Source: a virus
DNA length: 64,000 nt
IMG/VR virus record: IMGVR_UViG_3300037826_000058
Location: 32,001-96,000 of that record
Reading direction: 5' to 3' (one strand)
The notes beneath the pieces were generated by a model that did no database searches, was not told the DNA's origin, and saw only the letters and a program-made list of their open reading frames with translations. The position numbers and the translations under genes were made by a program. This document shows, piece by piece, positions 47,636-57,272 of this stretch (position 1 is the stretch's first letter; the number at the start of each line of letters is the position of its first letter).

Positions 47636-49252
47636 TTAGTCCTCCTGCTTAGGCGAACCGTTGCGGGTAACAGCCGCGTCATACTCGGCGTAGATTTCTG
47701 GGTGGGCTTCTGCTACAGCCACCGTCGCCTCTGAAACGCTTGCCCCATGCTCTTTTTGGTGTTTCTCAACCAGTGCCTCAAACTTGACCACAGGGTCAGT
47801 TGGGGCGGGGCCACCACTACCCATCTCATCGAACAAACGACCCGTCTCATCAATATTTCCCATAGCTTCTAACAGAGACTCCAGCTCAGCATAGCGAGCC
47901 TTGTCTTCCGTGTCATCCGCGTCGTGGAAATACATCAACAGATCGCCACCATTCTCAACCGGCAGCCCAAGCTCCTCTGCCTTATCTGAGAATTCTTTTG
48001 CCCTTCTTTTGCGCTCAACCATCTTAATCTCTTCCGCGAACTTAGCCGCTTCAGCCTCAGCCTTTTCTTTCTCTTCTCGCAATGCGGCTACTTCTTCTTC
48101 CAGTTCTGTTACCTTGGCCTCGAAGTTGAATACACCGCTTTTAAGCTGCTCAGATAAGGCTTCAACATCAATCGACTGTTCGGGAAAGCGCTCAGATAGA
48201 TGGTCAGCGATATTTTGGGCTAACTCTTCTACCTTGATGTCACTCATATCATCTTTCTCCCGATATTCTCCTACTTTGAATTTTTTCTTAGCGTCTTCGA
48301 TACGTTTCTCGACAACGTTTTTACCTTTGTATGAAAAGTCTTCCTGTGCAAAGCGCGAGGATGCGTTTTGGACATGAGACTTGTCATGAATGGGATAACG
48401 ATAATTCACCGGGTCGGCAAACTGATCGTCGCTGAGGTCTTCCCACTTGGCGGGCTTGGTTAAATGCCCGTGTTCAAGAATGGCGATATTGTATTTCTCA
48501 GAGCGAGTCTTCTGTGCTTCGTGCTTTTCCTCTGATTCATTGTTGCCAAACATATCTGAAAGGCGCTCGTAAGCGCGTCTTAACAAATCTATTGCTTTAT
48601 CTTCTTCCCCTGTTTCCCACCCTTGATCGTCAGAGAAAATTGCTGTTGCACGCCCCAGACGCGGGCGAGGGGTAAGCGCAATACCAAGTGCTACGTTGTC
48701 GTAGTAATCTCCATCCAGTGCCTGGTATCTTCTCAATCGTACTTCCGGTGAGGCGTAACGATAACCCTTGTCTTTAATCTCCTCGATTTTTTCTTCTCTG
48801 AAATGGGGTTTCCACTGAACCTCGTTTCCCGTGAACCTTAAGTCATCTATATATCCATAGACACCATATTCGTCACGGTGTAGGATATTAACCGGCAGGT
48901 CATAGTCGGGAATGTTATGCACCTGAAAGTTTGTTACCATCTCTTGCGCGTCTTTCTGTGTAAACTCTATCTTTTTCCCGTAGTGATAGACGGTTCCTAC
49001 TGGAAAGTACAGATACCAACCGTCTTCACGCTCAGAGAATGGGACAAAATAAGTTACATCTTCAGCCTTTACCCACTTACCATCCTCTTTCTTGTAATTT
49101 TTCTTGATGACGCCCCACGCTTTCTTGAAAGCCTTTTCCTCACTATCGCCACTGTCTAATGCGCTGTTGACGACTTTAAGAAATTGCTTTTGTGCAGCTG
49201 TAGGAAGTGTTTTTACCCTATCGGGTAATTCAGAAATTTTAGAATATGGCAT
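47636..49252 (-). CDS. ChaB-domain / Mu-like prohead protease / scaffold fusion
   Basis: MPYSKISELP...AWGVIKKNY (ChaB); LPVNILH...YASPE...IALTPRP (protease); FADPVNYRYPIHD domain; acidic coiled coil. Confidence 0.78.
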   Translation of the reverse strand: MPYSKISELPDRVKTLPTAAQKQFLKVVNSALDSGDSEEKAFKKAWGVIKKNYKKEDGKWVKAEDVTYFVPFSEREDGWYLYFPVGTVYHYGKKIEFTQKDAQEMVTNFQVHNIPDYDLPVNILHRDEYGVYGYIDDLRFTGNEVQWKPHFREEKIEEIKDKGYRYASPEVRLRRYQALDGDYYDNVALGIALTPRPRLGRATAIFSDDQGWETGEEDKAIDLLRRAYERLSDMFGNNESEEKHEAQKTRSEKYNIAILEHGHLTKPAKWEDLSDDQFADPVNYRYPIHDKSHVQNASSRFAQEDFSYKGKNVVEKRIEDAKKKFKVGEYREKDDMSDIKVEELAQNIADHLSERFPEQSIDVEALSEQLKSGVFNFEAKVTELEEEVAALREEKEKAEAEAAKFAEEIKMVERKRRAKEFSDKAEELGLPVENGGDLLMYFHDADDTEDKARYAELESLLEAMGNIDETGRLFDEMGSGGPAPTDPVVKFEALVEKHQKEHGASVSEATVAVAEAHPEIYAEYDAAVTRNGSPKQED

Positions 49253-49270
49253 AATCTATCCTCCGACAAC

Positions 49271-49306
49271 AAAAAACGGGTGCGAGATTTGTAATCTCAC
49301 ACCCGC
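49271..49306 (-). terminator. intrinsic terminator in late-operon leader
   Basis: GCGGGTGTGAGATT-ACA-AATCTCGCACCCGT + TTTTT just before the GGAGGA RBS. Confidence 0.75.
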
Positions 49307-49385
49307 TTAGATTCAGGTGAGCTTAGTTATATCATATCATTTGCATCGCGGCGTAGTTTCCGCGAGCTAAGAATTGTACGTTAGA

Positions 49386-49415
49386 AGTTTACTTTGGTGA
49401 GGTATCAATTGTCAA
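49386..49415 (-). promoter_or_regulatory. candidate late-operon promoter
   Basis: TTGACA-18nt-TAAACT on - strand, divergent from the 49456 promoter. Confidence 0.55.
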
Positions 49416-49455
49416 GGTTGGCGGTGATTGCACATAAAGATGACTAACGAATCGC

Positions 49456-49484
49456 TTGACAAACCTAGGTATATGGTGTATAAT
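49456..49484 (+). promoter_or_regulatory. consensus sigma70 promoter, probably leaderless mRNA
   Basis: TTGACA-17nt-TATAAT; ATG 6 nt downstream, no SD. Confidence 0.85.
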
Positions 49485-49490
49485 TGCTGT

Positions 49491-50063
49491 ATGAAAAACC
49501 AAAAAGCCCATGTTCTGGCATTTAGTAGCGAAAGCGTTGAGTATTATACTCCCTCAGAAATCATCGAGGCTGCGCGGTCTTTGATGGGGGGAATAGACCT
49601 CGACCCCGCCTCCTGTGTGGAGGCACAAGAGACTGTTAGGGCCAGAACGTTTTATACCCAACAGGACGATGGCCTTAAACAGCAATGGGAGGGGCGAGTC
49701 TGGCTTAATCCTCCTTATGGGAAGATTGGGAACGAATCATCTCAGGGGTATTGGGCCGAAAGGCTCATCGTAGAATATGATATGGGGAATGTTGGGGCGG
49801 CGTGTCTCTTGACGCGCTCCGCCTTGGGCTACGAATGGTACGAATCCCTGCTAGATCGACTACCTGTTTGCTTGTTTCGCAAACGAGTTGAGTTTGTCAT
49901 CCCAGGGGGAGGCACCAAAGGCCCCAGTAAACAAGGGGTGTCGGTTTTCTATCTGGGAGAGAACAGAGCTGGCTTTGTAGAGCACTTCGGGGAATTCGGA
50001 AGAATCATTTTCCCTGAGGATTATAAGGGGGGCAAGGATGTATGGCAAGCTAACCTTTGGTAA
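49491..50063 (+). CDS. phage DNA N6-adenine methyltransferase (Dam-like)
   Basis: EYYTP, IDLDPAS, DDGLKQQW.GRVWLNPPY. Confidence 0.88.
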   Translation: MKNQKAHVLAFSSESVEYYTPSEIIEAARSLMGGIDLDPASCVEAQETVRARTFYTQQDDGLKQQWEGRVWLNPPYGKIGNESSQGYWAERLIVEYDMGNVGAACLLTRSALGYEWYESLLDRLPVCLFRKRVEFVIPGGGTKGPSKQGVSVFYLGENRAGFVEHFGEFGRIIFPEDYKGGKDVWQANLW

Positions 50064-50307
50064 GGTTGGTGCTGTTATTATGGTGGTGCTGTTAACGATT
50101 TTCATCATAGGGGTATCAAATGTTTTCAGGGTACGAAGCCAAAGAGGAAAATGGCGCGTCGTAGTAATAGACAGCCAGGTGGTCTATTATTGTCAGAAAC
50201 GAGAAAGCAAGACTGTTTTCAGAGATTGCCAGCAAGGGTTAACTTCTTACAAGTGGATAGATTTTGATAAGGATAGTGTCAACATCATGTTAGAGGGGGG
50301 GCAATGA
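50038..50307 (+). CDS. membrane-anchored hypothetical protein
   Basis: N-terminal TM segment. Confidence 0.55.
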   Translation: MYGKLTFGKVGAVIMVVLLTIFIIGVSNVFRVRSQRGKWRVVVIDSQVVYYCQKRESKTVFRDCQQGLTSYKWIDFDKDSVNIMLEGGQ

Positions 50308-50675
50308 GCAACACGCTATTTGATACCGCGCTGGAAATTGCCAGCAAATACCGCGATACCCAAGAAAAGCTCATCGCGTTAGAAATGGATATGGTAACCC
50401 TGAGAGTAAAAGCTGAAAAATTCCAAACACGCGCAGTTAGCAATGGGTATCGAACTGGGTTGATTAACGACCGAAACTCGGACACCCGTGCAGCGGGGGA
50501 ATCGTTGGTTTTGCAGAACGACCAAGCATACCAAACAGTGCTTGAACGTAAGGCTGGATTAGAAAGCGAGATAAAGAAAACAAAAGCCCTTTTGGACTAC
50601 TGGCACAACGTGTTGATGATTCACCGGTCTGTTTTGTCACCAGATACATGGAGGGCAAAAAATGAACATAGCTGA
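50304..50675 (+). CDS. coiled-coil hypothetical protein
   Basis: ATGA coupling. Confidence 0.6.
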   Translation: MSNTLFDTALEIASKYRDTQEKLIALEMDMVTLRVKAEKFQTRAVSNGYRTGLINDRNSDTRAAGESLVLQNDQAYQTVLERKAGLESEIKKTKALLDYWHNVLMIHRSVLSPDTWRAKNEHS

Positions 50676-50976
50676 CTACGCCCTTTCACACCATCTCCAC
50701 AGGTTGTCTGACTCTCTCTATTTGCCGTATGTGGAGAGAGCAATAGAAGACCCGCACACGGGGGCCTGTCGATGTTCTAGGTGTGAAGGTATAGTATATG
50801 GTCTTAAATACCTAGTGTGGTATAACAACGGTACAGGGTGGTACGACTGCGCGTCGGCTCACCCCAGTCTAGAAGATGCTATACAAGCAGCTAGGAAACA
50901 AGGATGCTCTCGCATAACTCGTGTGGGGAAGGATGGGAACGACAGTGATGGTGTAATCTGGAGGAAAAATGAATAA
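50662..50976 (+). CDS. hypothetical protein
   Basis: GGAGG RBS. Confidence 0.55.
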   Translation: MNIADYALSHHLHRLSDSLYLPYVERAIEDPHTGACRCSRCEGIVYGLKYLVWYNNGTGWYDCASAHPSLEDAIQAARKQGCSRITRVGKDGNDSDGVIWRKNE

Positions 50977-51112
50977 TGATGACAAGGTGTTTAGGGTGTT
51001 GTTTGTGGCGTTTGTTCTAATCTTTTTGTGCGCCCTAGTCAGTACAGTAGTCACATATGGCGGCGGGGCGTATGTTCTCGTTCGCGTTCTTAGTAATCTA
51101 GGACTTTGGTAA
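50969..51112 (+). CDS. 47-aa membrane protein (not in ORF track)
   Basis: MNNDDKVFRVLFVAFVLIFLCALV...; GGAGG RBS. Confidence 0.55.
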   Translation: MNNDDKVFRVLFVAFVLIFLCALVSTVVTYGGGAYVLVRVLSNLGLW

Positions 51113-51113
51113 C

Positions 51114-52202
51114 ATGATTAAAGTTGAAAGAGAGAAACTGTATTCAGCGGTAGAAATGCTTAAGGACGTAGTGTCAAAACGTCCTATCGTACCCATTTAC
51201 GGGCATATCTTAATCAGGGTCGAGGAAGGAGAGATGCGCCTCACCGCAGCCTCAGGGACAATGGGAGCGCATTTCTGGATTGATGATATAGAAACAGATG
51301 GTGAAGAAGTAGAAGCAACGGTGCCAGTCAAAGAGGTTCACGACTGGCTTAACACACAACAATCTTCGGAATTTGTTACTGTCATTATAGAAGGTGATAG
51401 GGTCACACTAAGCACTGACAAAGCACAGGCGAATTTGCAATCTATGAACACCGAGCATTTCCCCAACGTATCAACAAAACCAGATGGGGAAGACATCGTT
51501 ATTGGAGAGGAGGATTTCAAACGAGCAGTTGGTCAAACCATCTTCGCTACAGTTGACGATATTGCCCGCCCTATGTTGTCAAGCATCTTGGTTCAATCGA
51601 CAGATAACGGGAAGCTGTGTTTCCAGGGTGCGGACGGTAATAGACTTTCCGCGACTTACATCGAATATCACGGAGGCGACTTTCGTGCCTTAGTACCCAG
51701 AGAGACAATCAGGGTTGTAAGCCGTGCTTGTATGGGTACGGTTCGGATAGGATGGGCTGGTGGTAACATAGTATTTACGTCTGGTGATTGGGTGCTAAGC
51801 TCGCAAACTACAGAGCAGAAATATCCAGACTTTTCACCCTTCACAGAACGCAAGGAGGAAGACGTAAACACCATAGTGGAAATAGGAAAAGGTGCAAAAA
51901 ACCAGTCAAGGGCTGTAATGGTCTTCGCAAAGCAGAACGACAATCTACTCAAGGTGAAGATAACTGCAGACCAAATAATCCTGTCGTCGTATGTAGAAGT
52001 GGGTTCGGGAGAGGCTAGCTTTCCTTGTTTCATTCACAAGGGGGATGAGTTAGAGTTCATGATAAACGGAGCGTATTTTGTTGACGCTCTCAAGGCAGGA
52101 GACAACCTGTCGCTCTGGATAGTTGACGAAACAGAAGCGGTTCAGTTTGTGAATGAAGACCAGACATTTGTTCATTTCATTATGCCGATGCAACTCAGAT
52201 AG
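51114..52202 (+). CDS. dnaN: DNA polymerase III beta sliding clamp
   Basis: 362 aa; PIVPIYGHILI, ARPMLSSI, GADGNRLS, YPDF, FIMPM end. Confidence 0.9.
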   Translation: MIKVEREKLYSAVEMLKDVVSKRPIVPIYGHILIRVEEGEMRLTAASGTMGAHFWIDDIETDGEEVEATVPVKEVHDWLNTQQSSEFVTVIIEGDRVTLSTDKAQANLQSMNTEHFPNVSTKPDGEDIVIGEEDFKRAVGQTIFATVDDIARPMLSSILVQSTDNGKLCFQGADGNRLSATYIEYHGGDFRALVPRETIRVVSRACMGTVRIGWAGGNIVFTSGDWVLSSQTTEQKYPDFSPFTERKEEDVNTIVEIGKGAKNQSRAVMVFAKQNDNLLKVKITADQIILSSYVEVGSGEASFPCFIHKGDELEFMINGAYFVDALKAGDNLSLWIVDETEAVQFVNEDQTFVHFIMPMQLR

Positions 52203-52212
52203 GGAGGGGGGT

Positions 52213-52764
52213 ATGTTTAAGCGCGTGTTGATGTTGGTATTGCTGTTGTGGGTTGTTTCCTGCGTCCCCGAAAAAGAACCAGTTGAGAGGGCAAGCGCGG
52301 GGGTAGAGGGTGAAGTCCTGGTATCACCCGAAACAGACAACGAGCATGGGTGGAGCGTAGGGTCAAAAGTCCGAGTGAGTACCGAAACATATACTTTAGA
52401 GGTGAAGATGATAGACTCTATGGCTTCCCACTCTGAAACAGAAGCGAGTGGTTCTGTTTACGGGTGGGGTAGCGGGGGATATGGTTCCTACCGCATGGAA
52501 CAAAACGGAAAGGGGATTATGCCTGTGGAAGTCAAGAGCGTCTCACCGGATTTCCACAACGTCGAGGTTGGTGACTTGATTATCATCAAGGTTACTGACC
52601 TTAAGGCTATGGCTATTCCAACAGGAGCAGTTTTCACAGTGGTGTGTAACGAGGACGTAGAAGTGGTTAGTCCTAATGTGTCTGGGCAGGTCTTGACCAC
52701 GGACAGGCTCACATACGAACTAGACGATTGTAGGTTAAAGTCACCGGAATTTAAGTTGGAGTGA
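52213..52764 (+). CDS. lipoprotein
   Basis: MFKRVLMLVLLLWVVSC lipobox-like; GGAGG RBS. Confidence 0.65.
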   Translation: MFKRVLMLVLLLWVVSCVPEKEPVERASAGVEGEVLVSPETDNEHGWSVGSKVRVSTETYTLEVKMIDSMASHSETEASGSVYGWGSGGYGSYRMEQNGKGIMPVEVKSVSPDFHNVEVGDLIIIKVTDLKAMAIPTGAVFTVVCNEDVEVVSPNVSGQVLTTDRLTYELDDCRLKSPEFKLE

Positions 52765-52772
52765 ACCACGGC

Positions 52773-52818
52773 AAGCAAAAAAAGAGGGAGGGGGTGTCAT
52801 ACCCTCTCCCTTTTTGCT
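52773..52818. terminator. bidirectional terminator
   Basis: AAAAAAAGAGGGAGGGG...CCCTCTCCCTTTTT between convergent genes. Confidence 0.75.
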
Positions 52819-52839
52819 TGTCAGTCAGATCAGTGCCAT

Positions 52840-53124
52840 TTACTTGTCGCTCCCCCTTGCTTTACGGATAGCAGCCTCTACTTTGTCGTTGCACGAATAT
52901 ACACCGTCTGACCACTCACGTTCTTCAAAGAACCATTCGGGCAGATTGCAGGCGAGGGCTGCAATAACCTCACAAACCTCCAGTAAATCAGGTGCCGCAG
53001 CTTGTAATCGTGCATTTGCTTCCGTTTTGGGCAAGGGGTTATTGCTCCTGGATGGATAGACAACCCAGCTATCGAGCGCGTTGTCGTTACTCGCCCGCCA
53101 CGGCCCCCTTGTGTGTTTACTCAC
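52840..53124 (-). CDS. conserved phage hypothetical protein
   Basis: KHTRGPW...EANARLQAAAPDLLE motif. Confidence 0.75.
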   Translation of the reverse strand: MSKHTRGPWRASNDNALDSWVVYPSRSNNPLPKTEANARLQAAAPDLLEVCEVIAALACNLPEWFFEEREWSDGVYSCNDKVEAAIRKARGSDK

Positions 53125-53144
53125 TTGCCACCTCCTTTACTTAA

Positions 53145-54002
53145 TCAAATCAACACCATTTGTCTTGCGTCTTTCTCATCTTTTGCTTTGTCCCGATGCA
53201 TGGCTCGCATAATCGCTGGCCTCGACCAGCACCTTGCTAGGTTTTTCCATTTCCGTGAATATTCTATAAAGTGATCTGGGGGCTGATAAAGCTGTGCGAA
53301 TGGTAATCCACCCAGCTCCCATACCTGTTCTAGTCTAGACTCGGCCTCATTGATAGTCTCATCACCATATGCTATCAGGACATACACACGCAGCTTGTTC
53401 CGTCCCAAAGCCGATAATTTATCAAGTGCCTTTTCCAATGGATGCAGGGCCGCTTCTGTGTCAGCGGCTAGGAATAATTCTTTAACGGTGATGCTCTGTA
53501 ACTGTTCAACAATCCAGTCATCAACCAACCTTGCGTCTATGCCCCCAGCGAATACTGCCGCCTTTTGCGTTTTGAGCATTTCAATCACGCCACGAATATG
53601 TGATTGACTTGCCTGCAGAAGATTGTTGTCCTGTATAATATACCCTGGTGTAAAATCCTTAATCTCCCGTAATTTGCCTTCACGTTTTGGTACAAAGCAC
53701 CATGGGCAATTATTGTTACACCCCCTAGTGGTGAACGTGACTCCGTGTTTTACATACAAACCAGGGGTGAAATTATGGCAGGGGCTATCGAAAGCAGGCC
53801 CGCCTATAAGCACATCTATGTCATTATAGGCATTGCTCCATGCTTGATATAGGCGTTTTGCCCTATCAATATCCCAGGTGAATGTTGCTGATATATGCAC
53901 CTGGTCTACTTCTGGTGGTAATAGAGGGGGGTAATCGTCAAAAACCAAGGGGTCTTGAGGGGTCATCGACGTTACTCTAGGGAAAACTCTTGCTATTTTC
54001 AT
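53145..54002 (-). CDS. radical SAM protein
   Basis: TTRGCNNNCPWC (CxxxCxxC), IQDNNLL, PFAQLY. Confidence 0.85.
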   Translation of the reverse strand: MKIARVFPRVTSMTPQDPLVFDDYPPLLPPEVDQVHISATFTWDIDRAKRLYQAWSNAYNDIDVLIGGPAFDSPCHNFTPGLYVKHGVTFTTRGCNNNCPWCFVPKREGKLREIKDFTPGYIIQDNNLLQASQSHIRGVIEMLKTQKAAVFAGGIDARLVDDWIVEQLQSITVKELFLAADTEAALHPLEKALDKLSALGRNKLRVYVLIAYGDETINEAESRLEQVWELGGLPFAQLYQPPDHFIEYSRKWKNLARCWSRPAIMRAMHRDKAKDEKDARQMVLI

Positions 54003-54015
54003 GGTTGCAATTTCA

Positions 54016-55209
54016 CTACATACAATCAAACAGGCTTTTCTGAACTGGTTTTTCGTAGTGATGCTTCAGCCTCGCCTCGCCAATCAGGACGTAGCTCGGT
54101 TCTAATTCAATCCCTATGAAATCACGGTTCTCTTGGATGCACGCTACTCCTGTAGAGGCACTACCAGCAAAGGGGTCTAGCACAACACCACCGCTTGGCG
54201 TTTTGGTGAGACGTACCAAATACCTCAAAATGGCAACCGGCTTGACCGTGGGGTGAATGTTTCCCCTTGCTTTCTTCTCGTCTGTTTCTAGCCATTCCTC
54301 TCTAGTTGCTGGTCGCCACTCTATAGAAGTGTCTTCGTCTTTAATCCAGTAAAGGTGGTCGCACCCCTCATTCCTCTCTGATGAAGATGCCTTAGGTGTG
54401 TAGAAGAAGCGTGCGGCGGTGCCTGTGTCGCCGTGATACTTGCTGTTTTCAGGCTTTCCTTTTGCCCATCCGCCATATCCCCCACTGCTGTCATTCTTGT
54501 TGCCCTTGGGTGACCACGGCCCAGGTCTCTCCCCACTCTGCTCTGCCAAAACCTTAACGGGACAATCGGGGTAGCAGTCCCAATCGGCTACAGTTTCTTT
54601 GCCATCGCTATCCACAAAGCTGGGCTCCCAGGCGTCGGGTCTTACTTCTTGCCCTCTACTCTCTTGGTCGGTATAGTGCATCGACTTACCCCCAGGCCCA
54701 TTCGGGTATCCGCTATGCCCCTCAACCTTTCGTGTCCCACGCCTCTGGCATCCTGGTATCACCCCGTCCCCACCACAGTATGGGCATTCGGGCCAATCAC
54801 CGCCGCAGAAGCAGGGCTGGTCTAGAACGTGACTTAGGATAAGGTTCGCGGGCCATCGACCTTCCGGTTTAAGCTCCAATACGTCTTGGTGCCGCCCAGC
54901 CTGTTGATATTTTCCGCCTCCACTCATAACGTCTTTATCATCTTGGGCACGCATCATTTTACACTCTTCGTTGTGTGCAATCCTCCCCCCATCAATCCAT
55001 AGTCCAGAAACCCCCCACTTGAGCGCATTGTTGACGAACGTCCCGTCACGCGGGTTCACCGCCACGATGATTGGCTCCCACGCTGGCTTGAGGGCAACAT
55101 TGAATCCCTCTAGTTGCTTGAGAATATCCGGCTTGATGAACTTGCCATCATCGCGTCGCTCAATCTCTATCGTCTGACCCGCCACTTCAACTTGTATTTT
55201 TTCTGTCAT
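54016..55209 (-). CDS. N4/N6 DNA methyltransferase, C-terminal part
   Basis: ALKPAWEPII, GRWPANL, HPTVKP, VLDPFAGSASTG (FxGxG); lacks DPPY. Confidence 0.85.
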   Translation of the reverse strand: MTEKIQVEVAGQTIEIERRDDGKFIKPDILKQLEGFNVALKPAWEPIIVAVNPRDGTFVNNALKWGVSGLWIDGGRIAHNEECKMMRAQDDKDVMSGGGKYQQAGRHQDVLELKPEGRWPANLILSHVLDQPCFCGGDWPECPYCGGDGVIPGCQRRGTRKVEGHSGYPNGPGGKSMHYTDQESRGQEVRPDAWEPSFVDSDGKETVADWDCYPDCPVKVLAEQSGERPGPWSPKGNKNDSSGGYGGWAKGKPENSKYHGDTGTAARFFYTPKASSSERNEGCDHLYWIKDEDTSIEWRPATREEWLETDEKKARGNIHPTVKPVAILRYLVRLTKTPSGGVVLDPFAGSASTGVACIQENRDFIGIELEPSYVLIGEARLKHHYEKPVQKSLFDCM

Positions 55210-55215
55210 CGTGTT

Positions 55216-56452
55216 GTGACTACTCCCCTCGCTAAAGCAGGGGGCTTCTAGGGCTTTTGCCCAGGGACGATAGCCCTCGTCCCAAAATGTTTAGACTAGC
55301 ATTAAGATCACGATCAATCTCAAGACCACAATGAGGACACTTATGGACACGTTCGGACAGAGGCTTTTTGACAATCTTGCCACAACCAGAACACATCTGC
55401 GACGTGTTACGTGGGTCAACAGTGACGACCGTCCGCCCGGCCCATTCTGCCTTGGCTTGGGTCAATCTCACCAGTTGTCCCCACGCAGCGTCGGAGATGC
55501 TCTTGTTCAAGCTGCGCCAATTGCCTTCCTGTATGTCCTGAATGTCCAATGCCTCAAATGCAATGAATTGAAATTCGTTCACCAGTCGCCTACTCAGCTT
55601 GTGCGCGAAGTCTTTGCGACGATTAGCGATGCGTTGGTGAATGTGCTCTACCACCCGCTTCTGCTTGCGATACTCAGGCGTGCCTTTGTCACACTCCGAG
55701 AGCTTGCGTTGTGCTTTAGCAAGGGCTTTCTCGTCTTTGCGGAAGAAGCGGGGGTTGTCAATCTGCGTACCGTCGCTGAGGGTAGCGAAGTGCTTACAGC
55801 CGAGGTCAATGCCAACTGTCTTGTGCGTGGGTTCAAGCAGTTCTGGTTCAAACTCTACCACGAAGCAAGCCCACCAATTGCCGAGGGCGTCTCGCTTAAT
55901 ATGAAGACGCTTGACCTCTCCCTCGATGGGGCGGTGAAGCACAATCTTAACATTGCCAATCTTGGAGAGGTAAAGTCTATCATCGCTAACTATCTTGAAC
56001 CCGCTTTGCGGGAACGTAAACGACTTATACCAATTACCCTTGAAGCGCGGATACCCTGGATTCTCACCACCATCCTTACAACGTCGAAAGAAATGCTGAA
56101 AAGCCAAGTCAACCCGTGTGCAAGCATCCTGCAAGACTTGAGAGTGTGCTTGTTTCAACCAAGGGTGCTCTGCTTTCCAACCAGGAAGCATATTGATTGT
56201 ATCGTACAGCGAAAGCGATTCTTCTCGTTCTTCCCAGGCTTCCTTGCGCACTTCAAGCGTTTTGTTGTAGACCCATCGGCAAGCATCTAAGACGCTCTGC
56301 ATAGCTGTGCGCTGTGCAGAACTAGGATAGAGCCGATACTTCATTGTCTTGGTAGCCATATTAAATATTATACCACGTTTTATGTGTCTGTCAAGTACAT
56401 AAAACGCCATTCATCTCCTCGCTAAAGCAAGGAGTTTTCTGGCTTAACCTCT
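55216..56452 (-). mobile_element. IS200/IS605-family element, tnpB only (IS1341-like)
   Basis: Left-end hairpin CTCCTTGCTTTAGCGAGGAG after TTAT; right end CCCCTGCTTTAGCGAGGGGAGTAGTCAC; no tnpA. Confidence 0.85.
55232..56359 (-). CDS. tnpB: RNA-guided nuclease TnpB
   Basis: KYRLYP HTH, GIDLG, FEALD, CSGC/CPHC, DRDLNAS; own TTGACA/TATAAT promoter at 56367-56394. Confidence 0.93.
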   Translation of the reverse strand: MATKTMKYRLYPSSAQRTAMQSVLDACRWVYNKTLEVRKEAWEEREESLSLYDTINMLPGWKAEHPWLKQAHSQVLQDACTRVDLAFQHFFRRCKDGGENPGYPRFKGNWYKSFTFPQSGFKIVSDDRLYLSKIGNVKIVLHRPIEGEVKRLHIKRDALGNWWACFVVEFEPELLEPTHKTVGIDLGCKHFATLSDGTQIDNPRFFRKDEKALAKAQRKLSECDKGTPEYRKQKRVVEHIHQRIANRRKDFAHKLSRRLVNEFQFIAFEALDIQDIQEGNWRSLNKSISDAAWGQLVRLTQAKAEWAGRTVVTVDPRNTSQMCSGCGKIVKKPLSERVHKCPHCGLEIDRDLNASLNILGRGLSSLGKSPRSPLL

Positions 56453-56492
56453 ATAATTAGGATGATTGAGACACAGTGCTAAAGGGTTGTCG

Positions 56493-57272
56493 ATGCTTGA
56501 AAAGACCAAACTTGAAGAACTTTACATTGAGCAACAGATGACTGGTACAGAGATTGCCACCCTTGTTGGTGTCAAGTCCTCTCAAACCATCTACAACTGG
56601 CTCGACAAGTATGGAATACCACGCCGCCAAGGACGCAGGGCGCAACGCCCTGTCACCCCCAGCAAGGAAACCTTGCAAGAACTTTATGTGGAACAGAAAT
56701 TGAGCATAGACCAGATTTGGCGAATGCTCGGTTCGTCTGAGTCCAGTGTCTCCAAGTTGCTTGACCAGTACGGTATCCCTAAACGCGCACGATGGGAGCA
56801 AATGGCTGGATGGAACAAGGGGCAGCCACTTCCCGAAGAGCAACGCCAGCATCTTAGCGAGATTGCCAAGCAACGTACTGGCCCAGACAGTTCGCGCTAT
56901 GGCGTCGAGCTTTCGGATGAAACCAGACAGAAAATCTCCGATAGTCTCAAAGGGCGATACCGTGGCCCCGACAATCCGCAATGGAATGGCGGTAGTAGCG
57001 ATGAGCGCCACAAGTGGCATAGCCGCTATGAGTACAAGGAATGGCGTGATGCAGTGTTCAAACGTGACGGATACGCCTGCCAGATGTGCGGTAAGCCCAG
57101 CGAGGGCGATATAGAAGCTCACCATATCTATCCCTGGTGCGACTATCCCAGCAAGCGATTTGACGCTGGCAATGGAATTACACTTTGTCAAGAATGCCAC
57201 CTCTCAATCAAAGGCATAGAGCTTGAGTACGCAGAGCAATTCTTGAGTATCATTCGTCAACCCACTCCGTGA
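56493..57272 (+). CDS. HNH homing endonuclease with HTH and NUMOD3-like repeats
   Basis: Two ELY.EQ...YGIP repeats, SDETRQKISDS, VFKRDGYACQMC...HHI...NGITLCQECH; antisense to its surroundings. Confidence 0.85.
   Translation: MLEKTKLEELYIEQQMTGTEIATLVGVKSSQTIYNWLDKYGIPRRQGRRAQRPVTPSKETLQELYVEQKLSIDQIWRMLGSSESSVSKLLDQYGIPKRARWEQMAGWNKGQPLPEEQRQHLSEIAKQRTGPDSSRYGVELSDETRQKISDSLKGRYRGPDNPQWNGGSSDERHKWHSRYEYKEWRDAVFKRDGYACQMCGKPSEGDIEAHHIYPWCDYPSKRFDAGNGITLCQECHLSIKGIELEYAEQFLSIIRQPTP

Noticed and set aside
55216-56452. IStron (group I intron-IS hybrid) that would re-splice the MTase
   Set aside because: Under 100 nt lie between the left end and tnpB, too little for a ribozyme core, and the HNH gene would still interrupt the MTase.
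55331-57200. Long ORFs 55331..56290 (+) and 56457..57200 (-)
   Set aside because: Antisense to tnpB and the HNH gene, with no recognisable motifs.
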